Shown here one piece after another: positions 1-8,685 of a stretch of DNA of 64,000 nucleotides. Each line of letters opens with the position of its first letter. The first letter of the stretch is position 1. The DNA is taken from NCBI GenBank assembly GCA_020056715.1, contig JAGVHG010000040.1, forward strand, positions 11,920 to 75,919. Direction: 5' to 3'. The position numbers and the translations under genes are program-made. A model generated the notes under the pieces. It was not told where the DNA came from and did no database searches. It saw only the letters and a list, made by a program, of their open reading frames with translations. The stretch is from Phycisphaerae bacterium (GTDB taxonomy: Bacteria > Planctomycetota > Phycisphaerae > UBA1845).

Positions 1-504
1 GACGCGACTGTCGAAACCGATCACGATCTTGGTCAATGGCGGATCATGCTTAACGCCGAACCTCGCCACGCCCGCGGAAGTGAGCAGCAGCAGAACATCG
101 TTGATCGTGTTCGGCCCTTTGATGATGCCCGCGTGGATGCCCTCTTGTTTGAGTCGGAGGATTTCCTCACGTCGCGCGCCCATCTTTTCACGGATTCCCC
201 CGGTGCCGAAGCTGACGTCGCGGGAGAAGGCGTTGGTCAGCGCCTCCCACTGTTCGCGGCGGATCGCGTCACGCAGGCCGTCGCGAAGATTGGGGGAAAT
301 TCGGTCAAGCTCTTCGGCGAGCAGCCATTTGCGAAGATTTGGGATGGTCTTCGAGACGGCGTCGTCGTAGTAGCTGCCCGCGATACGACCCTGATCCCGC
401 TGGGCGGTGAGGTAGGCGCGGATGCCCGCCTCCGCCTGCTGGAGAAGTACCTGATCCTGATCGTCCTTGATCGACACCGGAAGTCTCCCGCGCGATAGTG
501 CCAT
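1..504 (-). CDS. alpha-D-phosphohexomutase (phosphoglucomutase/phosphomannomutase family), N-terminal part; the gene runs off the left edge
   Basis: Not in the ORF track because it has no stop in the window. A reverse-strand ATG at 504..502 opens a frame that stays open to position 1: MALSRGRLPVSIKDDQ...NAFSRDVSFGTGGIREKMGARR...LTKIVIGFDSRV. FGTGGIR and IGFDSR resemble phosphohexomutase domain I signatures. Confidence 0.55.
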   Translation of the reverse strand, partial: MALSRGRLPVSIKDDQDQVLLQQAEAGIRAYLTAQRDQGRIAGSYYDDAVSKTIPNLRKWLLAEELDRISPNLRDGLRDAIRREQWEALTNAFSRDVSFGTGGIREKMGARREEILRLKQEGIHAGIIKGPNTINDVLLLLTSAGVARFGVKHDPPLTKIVIGFDSRV

Positions 505-691
505 GCTACGTCACTCAGTATTCGACGCACGGCCATGGCCACCGTGACCGACCGGAACGGTAGTCCGCCGGGCGTGGATCGTCAATACGTTCGCGAACTC
601 GCGGAGCGCTGGCGGTTGGTGAAATCTGAATCCGTGGATAAGCTACGCGCGGCTCGACGCCGACCGTTCGCGTACAAGGCTTGGATCGCTT

Positions 692-2428
692 GTGGACCGT
701 GAAGTTTCGACAAACCAGCCGCCGCTCACCGCACCGTCGTCGGTCGACGACACCCACGCCCCGTCACCTTCGTCACGCCCTCGAAGTCGACTGGGGCCGC
801 TGATCGTCTTCGTGGGCGGCGTGGTGCTGATGCACTCGATCTATGCTGGGGACAGTGGGTGGTTGAAACCAATCGCCGGGGTTCCCGGCAATGACTCGTT
901 TTACCACATCAAGATGGCGAGCCTGATGCCGCAGGTGGGACTGCTCCACGAGTTTCCATGGCTTAGGTTCTGCTATTTCACGGACCAAGGGCAGGCCTTC
1001 ATCAGTCACCATTATGGTTTTCACGCGTTGCTAGTCCCGTTCGTCAAACTGTCACAGTGGTTAACCGGAGACGAGTTGCCCGGAGGGCGATGGGCCATTT
1101 GCACGTTCTTCGGCCTCGTACTTGTGTTCCTCGACCGCTTGCTGGTCATCGCGCGTACTCCCTGGCGATGGTTATGGCTCGCGCTTTTCGTCTTGCTCCC
1201 CTTTCAGTTCTTTACCCGTCATGCCTTCATCCGTGCCATCACGCCGTCATTGGTGCTCATGCTCCTGATTCTCCTATTGATGTTCCGTCGCCGCTATGTC
1301 TGGACGGCATTCGCAGTCGCCGTCTACGTACATTTGTACATGGGCGGGGTGATTTTCGGGCCGCTGATTGTCGGGCTTTACGTCGTCGCCATGCTGATTG
1401 TACCACCGAAAGACGGACGCAATCCGTGGCGACTTGCAGTGTGGGTCGTAGCGGGATGGACAATCGGAATTGCGACCCATCCCTATCGCGACGGCATGTG
1501 GGAATTCTTGCGTCTGCAAGTATTCGGCACCGGACTGTCCCCGGACATTGCGGTGGGAAAGGAATGGAAGCCCTACAACGATCTTTGGTGGTTTGCGCAA
1601 ATGTCCGGGATTATGCTGGGAGTGTGGGCGACGGCGGTTTTGGCGCGTCTGCGACTCGGCAAACCGGCCAACGCCGAGGAGCTGGCGTTATTCCTGATCA
1701 ACTTCGCTTTCCTGGTTCTAACCCTCAAGTCCAGGCGTTTCATAGAGTATTGGCCGATGTTTTGTATGCTCAGTGCGGCCTACCTTGCCGCGCCGGTGAT
1801 CGTGAATCTCACCGAGATATTTCAACGACGCGCGAAATCACGCGCGATATACTGGTTTGCGAAATGGGGACCGAGCGCAGCAGTTATCGGTGTCATCGTC
1901 ATTATGGTTTTCTCTCCGGTCTGGCAGGAAATACGGAAGACATCCCAGTGCGAATATGACCTTCCCGCAATCCGTGCGGCCATGGATTACCTACAAGAAC
2001 AATCGCAACCCGGGGAAGTAGTTTTCACGGACGACTGGGACATCTTCCCCGTTTATTTCTTCTACAATTCGCACAACCACTACGTTGTAGGCCTGGACCC
2101 CAAATTCACCCACGCCCGCCGGCCGGACCTCTGGGAGAGATATGTCAAAATCACACGAGGGCAAATCCCTTCGGATGTGACCCTGGACATACCCGGTAAT
2201 GACGCGAAAGTCGTCAGGCAGCCATTGCACGTGTCCCTGGAGGATATCCGCGAGCATTTCGGGGCCAACTATGTAGTCACGGATCGCGATCACAAACCTC
2301 TGGCCAAAAAGCTTGCGGAGGCGAAAGACTTCACCGAATTGATCTATCCCTCGACTTCCTATGCGAAGTCGCGCGACGCGCCTTATCTCATATTTCGCGT
2401 CCGCGGGGAACGCAGTACACCACCCTGA
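692..2428 (+). CDS. polytopic integral membrane protein, possibly a GT-C-type glycosyltransferase (function uncertain)
   Basis: 578-aa ORF with a GTG start. It has many hydrophobic segments in the first ~400 aa, followed by a soluble C-terminal domain. The architecture resembles ArnT/PMT-like enzymes. No catalytic motif recognised with certainty. Confidence 0.6.
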   Translation: MDREVSTNQPPLTAPSSVDDTHAPSPSSRPRSRLGPLIVFVGGVVLMHSIYAGDSGWLKPIAGVPGNDSFYHIKMASLMPQVGLLHEFPWLRFCYFTDQGQAFISHHYGFHALLVPFVKLSQWLTGDELPGGRWAICTFFGLVLVFLDRLLVIARTPWRWLWLALFVLLPFQFFTRHAFIRAITPSLVLMLLILLLMFRRRYVWTAFAVAVYVHLYMGGVIFGPLIVGLYVVAMLIVPPKDGRNPWRLAVWVVAGWTIGIATHPYRDGMWEFLRLQVFGTGLSPDIAVGKEWKPYNDLWWFAQMSGIMLGVWATAVLARLRLGKPANAEELALFLINFAFLVLTLKSRRFIEYWPMFCMLSAAYLAAPVIVNLTEIFQRRAKSRAIYWFAKWGPSAAVIGVIVIMVFSPVWQEIRKTSQCEYDLPAIRAAMDYLQEQSQPGEVVFTDDWDIFPVYFFYNSHNHYVVGLDPKFTHARRPDLWERYVKITRGQIPSDVTLDIPGNDAKVVRQPLHVSLEDIREHFGANYVVTDRDHKPLAKKLAEAKDFTELIYPSTSYAKSRDAPYLIFRVRGERSTPP

Positions 2429-2505
2429 TCGCCCTACTGCGTGAATCAGCCATAAACATCGCGACAGTACCCCGTTCGGGAGATTTCGTGTAAAATGCGG
2501 CGGCG

Positions 2506-3882
2506 ATGAGCGATACCGCGTTCGTATTGATAGTCGAGGATGAGCGAGCCCACGGGGAGGCGATCGCCGAGGCCCTGGCGCGCTCGACGTTCGCCTGCAA
2601 CGTGGTGGACAGCGGCCCGGCGGCCATCGAAAGCGTGCGGAACCGAACGCCCGACGTGGTCATCACCGACTACAAGCTCGGCGGGGGCGTCACCGGCATG
2701 GACGTGCTGCGCGAGGCGAAAAAGAAAAACCCGGACACGGAGGTGATCCTCATCACCGCCTACGGCAGTGAAGCGCTGGCCCGCGAAGTGCTCAGCCAGG
2801 ACAGCGAGTTCCGGGCCTACGACTACCTCATCAAGCCCATCGACATCGACGTGCTGCGCGACAAGGTCAACCGAGCCGCCAAGCAAGCCCTGGCCGCCCG
2901 CGACGCCAGGCTCCTCAAGGAGCAGGTCGATAAAGCCTTCGAGTTCTCCGGCATCATCGGCACGTCGGAGGCCATCCTTCGAGAGATCAAGCGGCTCAAG
3001 AAAATCGCCCGCAGCAAGAGCACCGTGCTGATCGTCGGCGAGACGGGGACGGGCAAGGAATTGTTCGCCCTGGCCATCCATCAGAACTCGCCGCGAGCGG
3101 GCAAGGCATTCAAGGTGCTCAACTGCGCCGCGGTGAGCGAAACGCTGTTGGAAAGCGAACTGTTCGGGCACGTGAAGGGCGCCTTCACCGGGGCGATCGT
3201 GGATCGCAAGGGTCTGATCCAGGCCGCCGACGGGGGGACGCTTTTCCTCGACGAGATCGGCGACATGCCGCTGCCGATGCAGGCCAAGCTGCTGCGCACG
3301 CTGGATACGGGCGAAGTGCTACGGGTTGGCACCAACGACACGCAATACTTCGACGTTCGATTTGTCGCGGCGACGAATCATGACCTTGCGGAGTTGGTCC
3401 GCACCGGCGCGTTCCGGGAGGATTTGTTCTACCGCCTGCACGCCCAGGCCGCCATCCGCTTGCCGCCGCTGCGGCAGCGCCGCGAGGACATCCCCGTGCT
3501 GGTCCACAAGTTCATCGAGCAGGCGAACTTCGAGCACCGCACGGCCTTTACCGGGGCGTCGGCGGAGGTGATGCGCAAGCTGGTCAACTACACCTGGCCG
3601 GGCAACGTCCGCGAGTTGCGCAACGTCGTCTTCCGCATGAGCCTGGAGTCCGAGGGGCCGGTCTTGGAAGTGGACGACCTGCCCGACAACCTGCGCGCTT
3701 CCACCGACATCGTGCTCCTGGGTCCGCCGAACCTGGCGGGGATGTCCATGGCCGACGTGGAGAAATTGCACATCATGAACACGCTACGCATGTTCGGCGG
3801 CAACCGCGAGAAAACCGCCAAGGCCCTGGGCATCGGGGCGCGGACGCTGTATCGCAAACTGCGCGATTACGGGCTGCGATAG
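2506..3882 (+). CDS. sigma-54-dependent response regulator (NtrC family)
   Basis: N-terminal receiver domain (VLIVEDE...VVITDYKL). AAA+ core with Walker A GETGTGKE, the sigma-54 contact loop GAFTGA and Walker [11 protein letters not shown]-terminal Fis-type HTH ([23 protein letters not shown]). Confidence 0.92.
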   Translation: MSDTAFVLIVEDERAHGEAIAEALARSTFACNVVDSGPAAIESVRNRTPDVVITDYKLGGGVTGMDVLREAKKKNPDTEVILITAYGSEALAREVLSQDSEFRAYDYLIKPIDIDVLRDKVNRAAKQALAARDARLLKEQVDKAFEFSGIIGTSEAILREIKRLKKIARSKSTVLIVGETGTGKELFALAIHQNSPRAGKAFKVLNCAAVSETLLESELFGHVKGAFTGAIVDRKGLIQAADGGTLFLDEIGDMPLPMQAKLLRTLDTGEVLRVGTNDTQYFDVRFVAATNHDLAELVRTGAFREDLFYRLHAQAAIRLPPLRQRREDIPVLVHKFIEQANFEHRTAFTGASAEVMRKLVNYTWPGNVRELRNVVFRMSLESEGPVLEVDDLPDNLRASTDIVLLGPPNLAGMSMADVEKLHIMNTLRMFGGNREKTAKALGIGARTLYRKLRDYGLR

Positions 3883-3885
3883 CGG

Positions 3886-3924
3886 GTAAACGTCAAAACG
3901 TCGAAAAGTCAAAACGCCGAAACC
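3886..3924 (+). repeat. partial copy of the GAAACGCCGAAA-type element (family A)
   Basis: gtaaacgtcaaaacgtcgaaaagtcaaaacgccgaaacc: an ~8-nt periodic (A)AAACGYC/GAAA array resembling one arm of the 74-nt elements at 53274, 58897 and 59313. Confidence 0.5.
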
Positions 3925-3980
3925 AGTACCGCGCTAGCATGAAGCGGACCCATCAGAGCCGTCGGCGCGAACCGACGGAC

Positions 3981-4016
3981 ATCCAAACCCAAAGCGCGAG
4001 CGTGGGGTCCATCCGA
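3981..4016 (+). repeat. half copy of the 60-bp palindromic element (family F)
   Basis: atccaaacccaaagcgcgagcgtggggtcc aligns with the reverse complement of the right half of the elements at 57782 and 62570, and with the copy at 8576. Confidence 0.55.
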
Positions 4017-4246
4017 GACGGGAGCGGGTGCTGGCCGGTATCGGCAATTGCGACGAAGCCATATAGCCACGGAAGCAAACGCCGAAAAGCCGGAACCAGG
4101 GCACGCCGGAGGGAGACCGAGCGGTCCCGGCGCGCCAGGACTTCGATCTTGCCGACTTGCAAAGGTTTTTGAACGGCTTCCATCCCGAGCCGTAGGGCGG
4201 CGGTTGGTCGCAGGTCGCATATCGGCTATGATGCTCCTCGAAGTTC

Positions 4247-6937
4247 TTGCGGAGGATCAACGTGCCGACAGTCCCGGGACTCGATTCCAAGATCAATCGT
4301 GCAAGAGCGCACCTAAAAAACCCCCTCACCCTGCCCTCTCCCCCAAGGGGGAGAGGGGGTGACCGGTCGCTTGCGCTCCCGGCTCTGGGGGGCGTCCGCT
4401 GGCTTACGCCTGCGGCTCTGATCGCGCTTCTCGCGGGGGTTCCCGGCTGCGGGAAGGACGAATCAAAACAAACCAAAAGCCAACCCGCGGCGAGCACGCC
4501 GAAGGCGTTCACCGATGTGACCGAGGCCGCGGGCATCAAACACGGCCACAGCAAGCCCGTTCTCGACCACAAGCTCGATAACATCATGACCTGGGTGTGC
4601 AGCGTCGGCGCGGCGGCCGCTGCGGGGGACTTCGACAACGACGGCTGGATCGATCTATACGTTACGAACTCCAACAAGGGCACGCCGAACTATCTTTATC
4701 GTAACAACCACGACGGCACCTTCACCGACATCGCCAAGAAAGCTGGCCTCGCTGACGTCAACGGCGACGACGGCGTCAGCATGGATTGCATCTGGGGCGA
4801 CTACGACAACGACGGGTGGAAGGACCTCTTCCTCGCCCGATGGGGCAGGAATTCGCTCTTCCGCAACAACGGGAACGGCACCTTTACGGAAGTCACCAAG
4901 CAACGCTTCCGTCGACGCGACGGGTCGCCGGGCACCGATTGGGCGAACGCCAACGCGGCCATCTTCCTCGACTACAACCTCGACGGGCGGCTGGACATCT
5001 ACGTAGGGAACTACTTTGATGAGATCGACCTGTGGAACCTCAAGACCACCAAGATCATGCACGACAGCTTCGAGGGTGCGCGCAACGCGGGGCGGAACTA
5101 CATGTACCGCCAGGAAGCGGACGGCACATTCACCGAAGCAGCGAAAGAGCTGGGCCTCGACGATCCCGGATGGACGCTGGCCGTCGGCTCGGCGGATATC
5201 AACAACGACGGTTGGCCCGACCTTTATTGTGCCGACGATTTCGGCCCCGATCAACTCTTCTTGAACAACCGCGATGGGACCTTCAAGAACGTGACCAAGG
5301 AGGTCCTCGGTGGCGATTCCAAGAAGGGCATGAACGTCGAGTTCGGCGACTTCGACAACGACGGCTGGCTGGACATTTACGTCACCAACATCACCACGGC
5401 CGAGTACCTCCAAGAGGGCAACATGCTGTGGCACAACAACGGCGTGGGCCCCGATGGCGTGTTGAGCCTCACCGACGTTTCCCTCGAAACCGGCACCTAT
5501 GATGGCGGATGGGGCTGGGGGGCCAAGTTTTTCGACTACGACAACGACGGCGATCTCGATCTTTTCGCTGCCAACGGGTTCATCAGTGCCGGGGAGGGCA
5601 ACTACTGGTACGACCTCGCCTCGTGGACCGTGCTTGGCCAGGATCCCGCCGATGCCGTCAATTGGCCGACCATCGGCGATCGGTCGTTCTCCGGCTACGA
5701 GCGCGAACGGTTCTGGCGCAATGACGGAATGGGTTCCTTCACCGAACGGGCAGAAGAACTCGGCGTGGGAAACACGCGCGACGGGCGGGGCGTCGTCTAC
5801 TTCGACTACGACAACGACGGGGACCTCGATCTCTTCGTCGCCAACCAAGGGCAACCGCCCTACCTCTACCGCAACAATGGTGCGAACAAGAATCACTGGC
5901 TGATGGTGGAGCTGGAGGTTGATCCGGCAACGGGCGTCAACCGTGACTCCGTGGGTGCGCGGGTGACGGTCATGACTTCGAAGGGCCTGCAAATCCGCGA
6001 GCGCGATGGTGGCAACGGTTACTGCGGCCAAAGCGACCCACGGGTGCATTTCGGGCTGGGAGCGGATAAGGAAGTCAAGTTGCTCGAGGTCCGCTGGCCC
6101 GACGGCGGATTACAGTACCAGGAGCACGTGCAAGCGGACCGCCTGATTAAAATCCGCCAGGACCGCAATAAGTATGCCAGTCAGGTGGCGATCAAGGTGT
6201 CCGCTCCGCAACCGTGGGGAGGCTCCACCGAGGCAGGCCGTCCCAAAGGCCCGCCGCCCGAACCTGCCGATCTCGAAAAACACCTAGCCGACATGGAGAC
6301 CATGCTCCGTGATCGCCCGCAGGCCTACGGCGTGGCGAGCACCTATCGTTCACATTGTGCAACCTATGGCCGCCACGACCGATCGATCAAGTTCTTTCAG
6401 CAACTCGTTTCGGAAAAGCCCGACGACTGGCGGGCGCGCGTCGAATTGGCCTGCGCCTACATCGACAAAATCCCCACCTGTGGGGGCATGGCCGCCATCG
6501 TGAGCAAGGGTACGCTCGCCCGGAAGTCCCTCGACCAGTTCGATCAGGTCCTCGCCGAACATCCTGATTTGTGGGTGGGCTACTACACGCGGGGGATGAA
6601 CCACCTGCACTGGCCTCGGGCGCTCTTACATTCCGACGATGCGGCGACGGACTTAGCCCGATGTATCGAGCTTCAGCGAAAATCCGAATCCGCCGGCCCG
6701 GAGTACTACTTCGTGCGTACCTACGTCGCCCTCGGCGACGCCTTCACCAAGGCCAAAAAATACGACCGTGCCCGGGAAGCCTGGCGGCAAGGTGCGAAAC
6801 TGTTCAGCGCGTCTGCGGAATTGAAAGAGCGTCTGTCGATCACCGATGATTCCGCCTTGCTCAAGTACGTCGAGTCCAAACGCAGCCTGGAGCAGCCGAT
6901 CGACACCGGGCTCTCCTTCCTCGATCCCACGCCTTGA
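4247..6937 (+). CDS. FG-GAP/VCBS-repeat ASPIC/UnbV-family (CRTAC1-like) lipoprotein with a C-terminal TPR-like region
   Basis: Seven or more FG-GAP-type repeats (GDFDNDGWIDLYVTN, GDYDNDGWKDLFLAR, ADINNDGWPDLYCAD, FDYDNDGDLDLFAAN and others). UnbV/ASPIC-like block GARVTVMTSKGLQIRERDGGNGYCGQSDPRVHFGLG. Lipobox-like LLAGVPGC with Cys68. The start is uncertain: TTG 4247 or GTG 4262 are the only canonical in-frame starts upstream of the signal peptide. Confidence 0.85.
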   Translation: MRRINVPTVPGLDSKINRARAHLKNPLTLPSPPRGRGGDRSLALPALGGVRWLTPAALIALLAGVPGCGKDESKQTKSQPAASTPKAFTDVTEAAGIKHGHSKPVLDHKLDNIMTWVCSVGAAAAAGDFDNDGWIDLYVTNSNKGTPNYLYRNNHDGTFTDIAKKAGLADVNGDDGVSMDCIWGDYDNDGWKDLFLARWGRNSLFRNNGNGTFTEVTKQRFRRRDGSPGTDWANANAAIFLDYNLDGRLDIYVGNYFDEIDLWNLKTTKIMHDSFEGARNAGRNYMYRQEADGTFTEAAKELGLDDPGWTLAVGSADINNDGWPDLYCADDFGPDQLFLNNRDGTFKNVTKEVLGGDSKKGMNVEFGDFDNDGWLDIYVTNITTAEYLQEGNMLWHNNGVGPDGVLSLTDVSLETGTYDGGWGWGAKFFDYDNDGDLDLFAANGFISAGEGNYWYDLASWTVLGQDPADAVNWPTIGDRSFSGYERERFWRNDGMGSFTERAEELGVGNTRDGRGVVYFDYDNDGDLDLFVANQGQPPYLYRNNGANKNHWLMVELEVDPATGVNRDSVGARVTVMTSKGLQIRERDGGNGYCGQSDPRVHFGLGADKEVKLLEVRWPDGGLQYQEHVQADRLIKIRQDRNKYASQVAIKVSAPQPWGGSTEAGRPKGPPPEPADLEKHLADMETMLRDRPQAYGVASTYRSHCATYGRHDRSIKFFQQLVSEKPDDWRARVELACAYIDKIPTCGGMAAIVSKGTLARKSLDQFDQVLAEHPDLWVGYYTRGMNHLHWPRALLHSDDAATDLARCIELQRKSESAGPEYYFVRTYVALGDAFTKAKKYDRAREAWRQGAKLFSASAELKERLSITDDSALLKYVESKRSLEQPIDTGLSFLDPTP
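4326..4388 (+). repeat. composite palindromic element (C-rich/G-rich hairpin plus family F/G core) lying inside the 5' end of the ASPIC ORF
   Basis: tcaccctgccctctccccc-aag-ggggagagggggtga is a long hairpin. It is followed by gaccggtcgcttgcgctcccggctctgg, whose reverse complement (ggagcgcaagcgac) is the core shared with the elements at 13633, 57782 and 62570. Confidence 0.6.
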
Positions 6938-6960
6938 AGGCGCGCCCGTCCGATACTTAC

Positions 6961-6989
6961 TTGACAGACCCTCCACGATAATCTATACT
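6961..6989 (+). promoter_or_regulatory. sigma-70-type promoter candidate for the dksA-like/lspA unit
   Basis: TTGACA (6961-6966), 17-nt spacer, TATACT (6984-6989), about 80 nt upstream of the 7071 start, in a locally AT-richer intergenic region. Confidence 0.5.
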
Positions 6990-7070
6990 AAAGGGCTTGA
7001 TTTTATCGCTTCTCTTTGTGGGACAAGGAGTTAGCGACGAACGGGGATCGCCGGAGAGTGGGGGGTTCGG

Positions 7071-7817
7071 GTGAAAAAACGAGTCCAAATGAAGGCCGAG
7101 GTGAAGCCGGTTGCCCCCGCGCAAAAAGTCGCGCGGAAAACGGCGGCGGCCTTGAGCGCGGCCAAGTCCAGGATCTCAACGTCGCGCAAAATGCGCCCGT
7201 CGGAAAGGGATCTCCACGCCGAGCGAAACTCCAAAGAAACCGCGCCGTCCGTTGTGCCGATGATACCGTCGAAGGCCGGCGACGGCGGGGAACGCTCTAT
7301 GACGAACCCCCCAGGATTAATCAACGAGCCGATCAGAGCGACGCGTAAACCCGCGCCTTTGGATATCGTCGAACCGTCGCCGACTTCACAGGATCCCATC
7401 CAGTATCCCGAAGAGGCGACGAATAAGGTCAAGACCTACCTGAACGCCAAGCAGCTTAGGGAATTCAAGACCATCTTGCTGGATAAGCGCGACCAGCTCG
7501 CCGGCGACGTGGAGCGGCTCACCTCGGAAGCGTTGAAGGGCAACGGGCAGGGCCAGAGCGACCAATCGACCATGCCGATCCACATGGCCGACCTCGGCAG
7601 CGACACCTGGGAACAGGACTTCACCATCGGCCTCATCGCCAACGAGCAAAACATCGTCCGGGAGATCGACGACGCACTCGAACGCATCGCGGACAAGACC
7701 TACGGCATGTGCCTCGCTACGGATCAGGAGATTAGTCTGGCCCGTCTACATGCCAAACCCTGGGCCAAGTACTGCATCGAATACGAGCGGGCCCGCGAAG
7801 AGGGACGCGCGCCCTAA
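7071..7817 (+). CDS. DksA/TraR-family protein with a long basic N-terminal extension and an incomplete zinc finger
   Basis: The C-terminal ~130 aa align in pattern with DksA (coiled coil, then ...KTYGMCLATDQEISLARLHAKPWAKYCIEYE). Only 2 of the 4 canonical Cys are present (CxxT...CxxY). Start is GTG 7071 or ATG 7089. Confidence 0.75.
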   Translation: MKKRVQMKAEVKPVAPAQKVARKTAAALSAAKSRISTSRKMRPSERDLHAERNSKETAPSVVPMIPSKAGDGGERSMTNPPGLINEPIRATRKPAPLDIVEPSPTSQDPIQYPEEATNKVKTYLNAKQLREFKTILLDKRDQLAGDVERLTSEALKGNGQGQSDQSTMPIHMADLGSDTWEQDFTIGLIANEQNIVREIDDALERIADKTYGMCLATDQEISLARLHAKPWAKYCIEYERAREEGRAP

Positions 7818-7828
7818 CCCGGTCCTCC

Positions 7829-8608
7829 ATGATGGACGCATTCGCACACCAAACACCCCATGCGGTCGACGAGCAACCCGAATCCGCGATCGGGCACGTC
7901 GCGTCCCAGGTTCGATTTTGGCTGCCCGCCGCCGCCCTCTTGTGGCTCGATTTGTGGTCCAAGAATTGGGTGTTCGCCAACATACCCACCGATCACGGGC
8001 AAATCATCGTCCCCGGTTTCCTTGAGTTCCGGCGGTCGTTGAACGACGGCGCGGTGTTCGGATCGTTCACCGGTTACGTCGGCGTATTTATTGTCGCTTC
8101 CCTGTTTGCTCTCGGCTTTGTCTTCTATTTGTTCGCGAACAGTACGCGGCGGCAACGCAGTCTGCACATCGCCCTGGCCTTAATCCTCGCCGGGGCAATC
8201 GGCAATCTCTACGACCGCGCGTTCATCAAGGCCGACGTGGTACGTTTTCGCGACGGCACCAACCCGCGGGGATCGGTCATCGGCACATTGGCCGGCGAGC
8301 CGACGCAAGACAAGATCCGGCTCGGCGATTGGCCTGACGGCGCCAACGCCCGGACCTTCGCGGTGTCCGACGTGACTCTGCATCGACAGGGCGTGGTCCG
8401 CGACTTCATCAAGTTCATACCGAAATTTCCTCGATCGTGGTCCCGATTGGGCGGTTTCGACATGTGGCCGTGGATCTTCAACGTGGCCGATGCGGCGCTG
8501 GTGTGCGGCGTGGGCCTACTGCTACTCAACTGCTTCTTTGATCGAAAACCGCGAACGGTGCCCGCGCACGTCCTGTTCCAAACCCCAAGCGCAAGCGTGG
8601 GGCCGTGA
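7829..8608 (+). CDS. lspA: lipoprotein signal peptidase (signal peptidase II) with a ~58-aa insertion
   Basis: LspA signatures: NDGAVFG, GNLYDR (catalytic Asp), VVRDFI, FNVADAALVCG (second catalytic Asp). There is an extra segment between GNLYDR and VVRDFI. The last 11 codons and the stop come from a family F half element. Confidence 0.85.
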   Translation: MMDAFAHQTPHAVDEQPESAIGHVASQVRFWLPAAALLWLDLWSKNWVFANIPTDHGQIIVPGFLEFRRSLNDGAVFGSFTGYVGVFIVASLFALGFVFYLFANSTRRQRSLHIALALILAGAIGNLYDRAFIKADVVRFRDGTNPRGSVIGTLAGEPTQDKIRLGDWPDGANARTFAVSDVTLHRQGVVRDFIKFIPKFPRSWSRLGGFDMWPWIFNVADAALVCGVGLLLLNCFFDRKPRTVPAHVLFQTPSASVGP

Positions 8609-8609
8609 C
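8576..8609 (+). repeat. half copy of the 60-bp palindromic element (family F), supplying the lspA 3' end and stop codon
   Basis: ttccaaaccccaagcgcaagcgtggggccgtgac matches the reverse complement of the right half of the 57782 element at about 28 of 34 positions (hand alignment). The lspA TGA (8606-8608) is the ccgTGA of the element. Confidence 0.6.
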
Positions 8610-8685
8610 GGCTGAGGATCGCGGGTTCGGCTCAAAACGAGCGATCGCGCGCACTATGGTGACCGGACGCCTCTCCCCGGCGTGG

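Noticed and set aside
3934-4683. 249-aa minus-strand ORF and small + ORFs in the 3883-4246 gap
   Set aside because: The region is filled with repeat fragments (families A and F). The ORF continues antisense into the ASPIC gene and has no motifs. I leave the gap unannotated apart from the repeats.
4655-6049. 464-aa minus-strand ORF
   Set aside because: It is antisense to the FG-GAP/ASPIC gene and has no motifs. The sense frame has seven or more FG-GAP repeats.
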